From assembly GCA_946965045.2 (NCBI GenBank), contig OX337231.1, positions 2,356,001 through 2,420,000 on the forward strand: 64,000 nucleotides of DNA, in the 5' to 3' direction. The DNA comes from Epithemia pelagica (Eukaryota; Protista; Bacillariophyta). Every line of letters begins with the position of its first letter. Position 1 is the stretch's first letter. The notes under the pieces are model-generated. The model had not been told where the DNA came from. It made no database searches and saw only the letters and a program-made list of their open reading frames with translations. Below, piece after piece: positions 56,885 to 64,000 of the stretch. A program made the translations under genes and the position numbers.

Positions 56885-58240
56885 ATGATAAACTTGTTGT
56901 TGAGAAAGAAGAAGCAAGGCGTTTCCGCTGCTACTGCATCATTGTCCATGTCCGAGTCGGACAACATGCAAGAAAGCCACCCGTACAGCAAATACGGGCT
57001 GAAGAGTCCACCAAAGGGTCCCGACCCATCAGTTTCGATCGGTCCAAAGGATGCCAAAAAGAAGATCCGAAAGGACAAGTTGCGACGGCTGTTGAAGGAT
57101 GGCGAGACGAAACCAATGGTGATGTATCTTTACGGGCGTGGTTTCATGAGTGAGGAATCTTCCAAGGAGCGCACGGAAAAGGTCTGCGCCATGGTCGCGG
57201 GAACGACATCAGCCAAGGAAATTATGAGCCTATTGATTTCAGCAAAGGGAGACCATGATTTGCAGAAAGACCCAACCTACGCGAGTCTCTACAAGACGAC
57301 GATCGCTACGCTTGAGGCATACTTCAAACAACCCGGTACGACTGGATTCCTATCGCGTATGGGAGACGCCAAATACTATCTCCGTTGCCAACGTAGCGGA
57401 AACTGCTACCTGTCGGCTCCCAGTATCTTCGTTTCGTACCTGGCGCAGTCTCGTGGTGCCTCCCTTCCACCTCTGGACGTGACGAAATTAGTTCGTGAAT
57501 CTTTCAACGATAGTATGCTCTACAACCATGTCGTGAAAGAAGCAGGCGGCGACTCTTTCATCACCTTGAGAGAGCTTCTCATCAAGCTTGGAGAAAAGAT
57601 ACCTACATTTTCCCACTCTTGTGCAAAGAGCATTCGCAAGCATAGCATCGACCTCGCAGAAATGCTGGAGGATTTCGGTCCCGGGCTTGTAAGCGGCTTT
57701 TGCTGCCACAAAAAATTCCGCCCAAAAGGCAAGAGAAATGAGGTTGGATTTTACCGCTATAACGGGCCCCACAAAGCCACAGGGATTTTCCAGAAGCTAG
57801 ATGGGAACGACAACGACAACGCCAGCGTTGCAAGCACCATTGACGAATCCGACAAAGGAATCTCAACCCCCGAAGAACCAAGTCCCGTGGACAACTCGAA
57901 GAACCCCATACAACAAGCGGGCCATGCCATGGTCCTGATCGGCGTGCGAAAACAGGGGGAAAAGGTCTCGTTGCTTCTTCAGAACTGGTGGACTGACATG
58001 CAGGTGGTGGAGGTGTCTCAAGAATACTTTGAGAATTCAGGTGCTAGCCTCACTTTTGTCACCAGTGAGCTCAGCGAGAAAACTTATTCCACTGATCATA
58101 TCATTAACGGCACTTGCAACGAGTCTCCCATTGCCGATTGCAACAACCTTGACATGATGGACGACCCAAGCAAGGCGTCTACATTTGGAGAATCGTTCGG
58201 GATGCGGGACGGATGTTTGCCACGCAGCGTTGAAGGTTGA
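56885..58240 (+). CDS. Papain-like (clan CA) cysteine peptidase, copy 2 (inverted duplicate)
   Basis: Same triad motifs (QRSGNCY, GHAMVLIG, LLQNWW). The N-terminal half is essentially identical to copy 1. Confidence 0.78.
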   Translation: MINLLLRKKKQGVSAATASLSMSESDNMQESHPYSKYGLKSPPKGPDPSVSIGPKDAKKKIRKDKLRRLLKDGETKPMVMYLYGRGFMSEESSKERTEKVCAMVAGTTSAKEIMSLLISAKGDHDLQKDPTYASLYKTTIATLEAYFKQPGTTGFLSRMGDAKYYLRCQRSGNCYLSAPSIFVSYLAQSRGASLPPLDVTKLVRESFNDSMLYNHVVKEAGGDSFITLRELLIKLGEKIPTFSHSCAKSIRKHSIDLAEMLEDFGPGLVSGFCCHKKFRPKGKRNEVGFYRYNGPHKATGIFQKLDGNDNDNASVASTIDESDKGISTPEEPSPVDNSKNPIQQAGHAMVLIGVRKQGEKVSLLLQNWWTDMQVVEVSQEYFENSGASLTFVTSELSEKTYSTDHIINGTCNESPIADCNNLDMMDDPSKASTFGESFGMRDGCLPRSVEG

Positions 58241-58461
58241 AGCGAGCATTTCCCCTGAAAAAGACGCAAGTGTGTTTGATTCCAAAGTTAGCCTGGCGAT
58301 CTGCTGTATGCGGATATATTGTAGTGTCTATGCTTCATGGCTTGCTGCACTTTACATAGGACATAGGAGGGTAGCGCATCGCCGGGTAGTCAAATAGCAC
58401 TGGCAGGAGAAATTGTGACCTCGGACGTTCGTCCGCTGTTGACAGCATCACTTTTATAAAA

Positions 58462-58724
58462 ATGAGTACGATGACGACGACGACGACAAGGTGGCTTCGT
58501 TGGACGCACCACGAGGAGAAGACTCATGTGGCTTCTCTAACAGAAGCAAAGGTTGCGTTTTCTCACAACCAACAACTTGAATCTCACGCGCCGTTGCAAC
58601 TCTCTATGATTGGCCTCTTTGGTATAAATTCAACTGTAGACCCAAACAAGGTTTCTTTTGGTCTTTCGTCTCCTTTTGTACACTTTGTCTTGAGGTCTGA
58701 TATTGCTCTATAGTCTATCTTGTC
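58462..58724 (+). pseudogene. Orphan copy of the 3' end and 3' UTR of the ankyrin gene (53136-53439), inverted
   Basis: atgagtacgatgacgac...ggacgcaccacgaggag...ctcacaaccaac...ctatgattgg...gctctatagtctatc matches the reverse complement of 53136-53439, with indels. Confidence 0.85.
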
Positions 58725-58829
58725 GTTTTGTCTTTCTCTCGTGCAAATCTTAGGCGCCTGCATGTGGGCTGATGGTGTTCCATTTTTTGGTGGGATGCAT
58801 CCCGGTTCGGGTGGTTGGTCTTTCTATCA

Positions 58830-61800
58830 TCATGGTTGGGGCAAGAGTCTGGTTCGTTCCGTTGGTTCCGTAGTGGATTCGGTCGATGACATGGAGGTCA
58901 ATGTCGGTGGTACTCCACGATACAAGGAAGTTGTCTGTTCCACATTGGAATGCATCCCATTTTGTTCGGCTTGTGTCTGTCCCAGGTTCGGTTCGTTTTG
59001 CTCCTGGTCATTCTCCTCGTCCTGGTCACTCCCGTCCTCACTGCCACTGCTACTGCTACTACAATCGCTGCTACTCGATTCGACAATGGTGGCACAGGCA
59101 TGACAGACGGGAATCACGTCGGTCAATTCTTGCTGAAATTCGCGAATGCCTTGTCGGACATAGTCCAAGGTTTGATTGACGGCCCGACCATCAAAGTAGG
59201 TCATGCGATCTTCAATACTCACTTCGACCGACCACTGATCGGCGACAATGGTAGGGGTACTACTCGTACTGCCATCTCGAGGAGGATAGGATCGAAACAG
59301 GGACGACGAGGACGGTGTTGTCACAACCACAACCGGTCCTGGTTCCGCGACAGTCGTAGGAGCCTCGGGGTGATGGTCCCCAAACAATTGACTGGGTTCA
59401 TTGATCAATACGGGGAGTGGCTTGTCCGGTCCCTCGGACAGTGCGGCGGCTTCCGGTTGTTCTTGCTGCTGCTGTTGTTCTTGTTGATTCAATTTGGCTT
59501 GTTCAATGGCCAAGGCGGCATATTTGGCCAATTCAGCTTCCATGGAATCTTGATCCTTGGGCAAGGTTTTGGACAGGAATAACAGTTGCAAGGACGAAAT
59601 GGTCCAAAAGACAATCAATGTCATATTAATGGCCGTTTGTCGCGTCATGGTCGTCCCGTCATCATTATTATCCGTGCCCCAACTACTCATGAGCAAGGTC
59701 ACACAGGACGGTCCCATGCCGCGTCCGAGTTGAATGAGTAAATTGGCAGCGGTCAAGGCGGCACCTCGTGTTTCGGGCGGATTGACATTAATGAGACAGG
59801 GTCGAACATTGACACTGGGTAAACTCGCAATCAACCCACTGCCAAAGGCGAACAAGACACCCAACGGCCCATGCGCTCGCGTGGTTCGAACATTGAGCAT
59901 GCCACAAAAGGGCACAATGCCCAATTCCGTCGTCAATGCCATGAACAAGGGCAAATACCGTCGATTCCAGCCTTGGACCACTTGGCCCCAATACCCGCCC
60001 AAGACACCACCGGCGGCACAGCCCAGTCCAAACAAAAAGACCAAAAAGGTGGCAGCCGGTACGGAAAAGCCTCGTTCTTGACTCAAGTAATCATTCAAAA
60101 AGACAAAAATGACACCCCAGGGCAAACTGGAAAAAAAGCCTTGCCACAAGAGGATGGAATTGGATGCATTTTGCAAACAGGCATGCCAAAACCCTTGCCA
60201 ACTCAATTTGCGTTCGTACCGAGTTCCCGCTCGAATCATGTCTTGCAAGACGCGTTCCTTGCCTCCCCGTTCCGGTTCTTGGACCAGGGCATAACAAATG
60301 ACGGCCAAGACCAAGGTCACCACGGCACTCACGGTAAAGGCATGTTGCCATCCCAGCGTTGGTCCGACTGTCCCGGCATAGACTTGTCCCAAAATAATGC
60401 CCAATCCCATCATGGCCGTCAATCCCGAGGAGGCAGCATTGCGTTCTTCCACGGCAAACAAATCGCCCAAAAAGGAAAAGGCGACGGGCACACTGCCGGC
60501 CATGAAGCCGCCATTGACCAGTCGGCCCACAATGAATTGCGGATAATTGTGCGCTTGGCCCGTGGCATAGGCCGCCAGGGCACCACCGAGCAAGGTGGCA
60601 CAATACAAGTCGCGTCGATTGGGTACGACATCGGCCAAAATGCCAATGCCGGCTCCAATGGGAAAACTAAAGACACCGGTCGCCAAGGCACCATAACTGC
60701 CCAAATACAAGTCACGCTCGGCCGCATCAAAGCCAAAAAAGTCGGCCAATTCCGTCAAATTGGGAGCCATGACATTGCTCGGACTCCAAACGGCACAAAA
60801 GGCCAAGCCCAACAACAAGGCTTGAGCGTGAATGGTTTCGTGAGGACGTTGTCGAGGCAGTGATTGTTGATGCGACGATGGTTCGGAAGAAGAATGGTGG
60901 TGGTGATGATGATGATGATGGTGATGAGGATGAGATTGTGATTGTACTAGAGGTTCGAGTTGTAAACCATTGTGGTTGTTGTTATGGTCCATGGTTGTGT
61001 GGGTGGTGGCAAAGAGGGCATTTTTGTGAGTCTTTTTGGTCTTGCTGCTTTTATTATTATGAAACTGATGGTGTTCATTGTTGTTGTTGGGCAAATCGCG
61101 AGTCAATTCGGAAATCCCCAAGGTTGTGGTGGATCCATTTTTATAGGGAAAATGATGATTGGAAGTCGGCGGCGGTGGTGGTGGATGCAAGGGCGAAAAG
61201 TCGGTGGTGGTTTGATAGCGTTGTTCGACGGCCGTTCCAAAAATATTGCGTCTCGAATTGCTGTTGGAAGTTTGACTGGAGGACAATCCAGATGCATTTC
61301 GAACTTGTAGCGCGGATGTTGCTGTTGTTGTTGCTGCTGCGGTGGCAGTAGTGAACGGAAGAAAGGCCTTGGTCAAGCGTGTTTTGGGAGTGCTGGTGGA
61401 CGTTGTGGTTGTTCTTGTCGTTGGATTGATCGAGGAATCTTGGGGAGAGGTGGCCACCACGACGCGCATGGGAGGAGACGAGTGGTGTGGCGATACAGGT
61501 GGTTGTTGGAGGACCCATCGATTGGACGTGGGGACTGTAAAATCGGAATGGCGCGGTGTTCCCACCGAAGCCAAGGACGACGAGGACACGGCGCCACCAC
61601 CCGAAGGATGGTTGGAAGTGGGATGCATGTGGTGGAAATTATTGTTGGTCGTGTGCGATGAGGAATGCGAAGGTTCCAAGGAGGCATGGTGATGGTGTTG
61701 GTACTCCAGATCATCGCCCATGGAAGAAATGGAACGTTGCGAAGGACTGGCTCGTAGATCCTCCTCCTCCTGATCCGCTCCCAACACGGCCAAGGCACTG

Positions 61801-61970
61801 GTGCTTGTGGCTGTCGTCGTTGGTTCGTGAGGAGCGTCTTGCTTTTCTTCCTTGTTGTGCGAAACCACCAAGGAATTGTCCTTTTCTTCTTTATCTGCTG
61901 TCAATGTCGATGGCATCATTGCTTGGTCGTTGTTGTTGTCGTTGTCGTTGTCGCTGAGCTCTGTCGTCAT
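58830..61970 (-). CDS. Major facilitator superfamily transporter (spinster-like) with long disordered termini
   Basis: About 12 TM segments: LLLGLAFCAVWSPSNVMAPNL, GILADVVPNRR, GSVPVAFSFLGDLFAVEERNAASS, QEPERG, NVNPPETRGAAL. Most likely ATG 61970. Confidence 0.87.
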   Translation of the reverse strand: MTTELSDNDNDNNNDQAMMPSTLTADKEEKDNSLVVSHNKEEKQDAPHEPTTTATSTSALAVLGADQEEEDLRASPSQRSISSMGDDLEYQHHHHASLEPSHSSSHTTNNNFHHMHPTSNHPSGGGAVSSSSLASVGTPRHSDFTVPTSNRWVLQQPPVSPHHSSPPMRVVVATSPQDSSINPTTRTTTTSTSTPKTRLTKAFLPFTTATAAATTTATSALQVRNASGLSSSQTSNSNSRRNIFGTAVEQRYQTTTDFSPLHPPPPPPTSNHHFPYKNGSTTTLGISELTRDLPNNNNEHHQFHNNKSSKTKKTHKNALFATTHTTMDHNNNHNGLQLEPLVQSQSHPHHHHHHHHHHHSSSEPSSHQQSLPRQRPHETIHAQALLLGLAFCAVWSPSNVMAPNLTELADFFGFDAAERDLYLGSYGALATGVFSFPIGAGIGILADVVPNRRDLYCATLLGGALAAYATGQAHNYPQFIVGRLVNGGFMAGSVPVAFSFLGDLFAVEERNAASSGLTAMMGLGIILGQVYAGTVGPTLGWQHAFTVSAVVTLVLAVICYALVQEPERGGKERVLQDMIRAGTRYERKLSWQGFWHACLQNASNSILLWQGFFSSLPWGVIFVFLNDYLSQERGFSVPAATFLVFLFGLGCAAGGVLGGYWGQVVQGWNRRYLPLFMALTTELGIVPFCGMLNVRTTRAHGPLGVLFAFGSGLIASLPSVNVRPCLINVNPPETRGAALTAANLLIQLGRGMGPSCVTLLMSSWGTDNNDDGTTMTRQTAINMTLIVFWTISSLQLLFLSKTLPKDQDSMEAELAKYAALAIEQAKLNQQEQQQQQEQPEAAALSEGPDKPLPVLINEPSQLFGDHHPEAPTTVAEPGPVVVVTTPSSSSLFRSYPPRDGSTSSTPTIVADQWSVEVSIEDRMTYFDGRAVNQTLDYVRQGIREFQQELTDVIPVCHACATIVESSSSDCSSSSSGSEDGSDQDEENDQEQNEPNLGQTQAEQNGMHSNVEQTTSLYRGVPPTLTSMSSTESTTEPTERTRLLPQP

Positions 61971-62715
61971 TGTGGCATCCAGCGAAACAACAACAACAAA
62001 AATTCGGAGGAACCCGACAATGGCAGCGTAGGTACGACGAGTGTGTGTGTCTTTTTCTCGTGGATCGATGCACCACGTGTTGATGTCTTGTGTCTCGTTG
62101 TGGTTTGTGGTCCGTTGCGCGCACCCGAGTCGTTGTGGGGGACCAACTGCGCACGCCCCAACCTTGGCGTGCTCGTAGGGGGAGACGGAACGCACAAGAT
62201 ACAAGTCTAAACCCTAGCCTTATCAACGCTTTTAACCCCATTGCCAAAACTACATACATATACCTAGAGTTATATCGACGGCTCTCTCCATATCTTACAA
62301 TATACTCAACCCCCTTTAGAGAATTCCGGAATGATGGATCCCTTTCAATGTTGTTGTCGTCCAGCCCAAGAGGAGACTCCTGTGGCGGGAGACTTTTTGG
62401 TGGCGACTCGTTTGTTCTGTTTGGGTTTGTGCAACAAGGACAACCCCCTCTCATAGCTAGAGAGAAATGCTCGTTCTTGATCCGTCTACATCCGTGCCTG
62501 CCTCTCTCCCTCGAGAGCAAGGAATGCGACTTGTGGTGGCACCATTAACATTGTTTGTCGCCTGGCCGTATTCGTGGTTCCTCGGGTTTGGGGGGAGTCC
62601 TTCCTCTTCTTCCCCAATAAGAATCGACCACAAGCTCGATCGGCACCTCTTTTTTGCCATGGCCTCGTACACCATATATACAGAAGGTTGCCCGTACGAA
62701 CAATTCCCCTCGTTA

Positions 62716-63996
62716 TTATCCACCGAAAGTAATGCAAGAGATGTTTTTGCCCTTTGACCAAACTTGGCATCCGGTAAACTTCTCGTCGAATGCGACAACC
62801 AGTCTAAATTCATCGTTATCCTTCGGTCTGAAGCCTGGTTTTCTGAAATCAACTATCCGAAAGTCTTGAATAGATGGAGTGAAGTATTTCCCTCTGTTTG
62901 GTTGTCCTGGTCCCGTTGGTTCCAAAAACCTTTCCTTATGCTCTCTGAAGCTACTGCCCTCTCGCATCAGCTCGATCCCATAGTAGTAGTCACTGTTCAC
63001 ATAGAAATCAAGTTCGCCTTTTTTTCCATCTCCACGATCAGGCAGTACAGCACTCATTTCAGACACAACCTCGGTGCTAGCCGGAAGACATGATGTAAGA
63101 CCTTTGAAAAACATTTGTTGAAGTGAGCTCTCTTTGGGGAAACCACCGTCTGAAGCTTTGCAGCTCTGACACAGATCTACTCGTTTGAAAGTTTGCAAAG
63201 ATGCGAGAACAATGTCCAATATACTTTTGAAAGTGGTTCCGTCATCAGCTCGGTTTTGAAACAATGCGGAATACAGTCGTCTTGATGATAGCTTGAACGC
63301 AACTTGTTGCCTCATCTCAGCCCAAGTTTTTGACTTTATTTGTTGGTTCAAGTCTTGCACGAAGTAAACCTTTAGTAGCAACAGCACAAGATCGATACTG
63401 AGTTGCTTTGAATCGTCAATCATGGCATCTTGCAATTCCGTTCGCTGCTCATCTGAGAAATCATCACAATTCGGTGGCCAAATTCTGGTGTAGGTATGGT
63501 CCAAAAACTTCTTTGAAAGCAAAAAGGATATCATTGCCCCAGCATCCAGGTTCTTCCGCAACCTTGCAAATTCATCAAGTTTGTCCAGTGATACTTGTAA
63601 CGCAAACACGTGCCCCCCACACTGATCGGTTACGGCGTTGACTACCACGCACATTGACTTCTCGTCAAGTCTTTTCAGATCATCTTTCTCGTCCAGTAGG
63701 CCTGCGACAAAAACCTTTTCCTCCTCGGGCGTGAGGCGTAGGTCCTTAAACGAGATTACGGCATCAGTGGAGAGAATGGGGGAAGCGGGATCGCTAGCAC
63801 ATCGACGCGTCGTGGCTCCTACGATCCGTAACTTGTGATCTTTAAGAAATCGCCCGTTGACAAGTTGCTCCCAAAAATGGGATTCCACGTTTTGAATATC
63901 ATCGCAAAAAAGTAAACGCACTTGATTTTCAAACTGTTGGTCCATTTGGGATACAGCTTGCCTTAGTTGCTCGAGTGGGGGTTTATCTTTTTCCAT
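62716..63996 (-). CDS. Crinkler-type NTPase plus restriction-endonuclease-like (PD-(D/E)xK) protein, probably 5'-truncated by the window edge
   Basis: Walker-B-like VRLLFCDDIQ, CGGH motif, then ESSLQQMFF...GELDFYV..YGIELMREG..EHKERF..GKY..FRIVDFR, typical of CR-REase domains. The frame stays open to the window end. Confidence 0.7.
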   Translation of the reverse strand: MEKDKPPLEQLRQAVSQMDQQFENQVRLLFCDDIQNVESHFWEQLVNGRFLKDHKLRIVGATTRRCASDPASPILSTDAVISFKDLRLTPEEEKVFVAGLLDEKDDLKRLDEKSMCVVVNAVTDQCGGHVFALQVSLDKLDEFARLRKNLDAGAMISFLLSKKFLDHTYTRIWPPNCDDFSDEQRTELQDAMIDDSKQLSIDLVLLLLKVYFVQDLNQQIKSKTWAEMRQQVAFKLSSRRLYSALFQNRADDGTTFKSILDIVLASLQTFKRVDLCQSCKASDGGFPKESSLQQMFFKGLTSCLPASTEVVSEMSAVLPDRGDGKKGELDFYVNSDYYYGIELMREGSSFREHKERFLEPTGPGQPNRGKYFTPSIQDFRIVDFRKPGFRPKDNDEFRLVVAFDEKFTGCQVWSKGKNISCITFGG

Positions 63997-64000
63997 GAAC

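Noticed and set aside
1-64000. tRNA, rRNA, CRISPR arrays and autonomous transposase or RT ORFs
   Set aside because: None recognised by eye; a covariance-model scan was not possible.

Overview
Gene-dense eukaryotic nuclear DNA, very probably from a pennate diatom. This is inferred from an aureochrome, a plastid class II aldolase with a bipartite-type leader, short 79-203 nt GT-AG introns and CAA/polyQ tracts. About 27 protein genes can be modelled. Housekeeping genes include SART1, L2HGDH, mitochondrial uS17, FBA, an OSCA/TMEM63 channel, an aureochrome, MED6, SGF29, an SDR, DENN-WD40 and an MFS transporter. They are interleaved with lineage-specific accessory genes showing recent rearrangement: (1) a PLD-family nuclease fused in frame to a duplicated promoter and presequence of the mitochondrial uS17 gene; (2) a 476-bp non-autonomous element whose ends are ~98-bp palindromes, with TG..CA termini and a 5-bp TSD; (3) an inverted, circularly permuted duplication of a papain-like peptidase gene with a conversion-like identical half and a divergent half; (4) a trypsin-fold protein with Cys in place of the catalytic Ser; (5) a tandem Cu-only SOD-like protein with a Lys-rich/YYY tail; (6) a Crinkler-type NTPase-REase at the right edge; (7) a secreted-protein pseudogene with three lesions. 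All family calls come from motifs recognised by eye; no database search was run.
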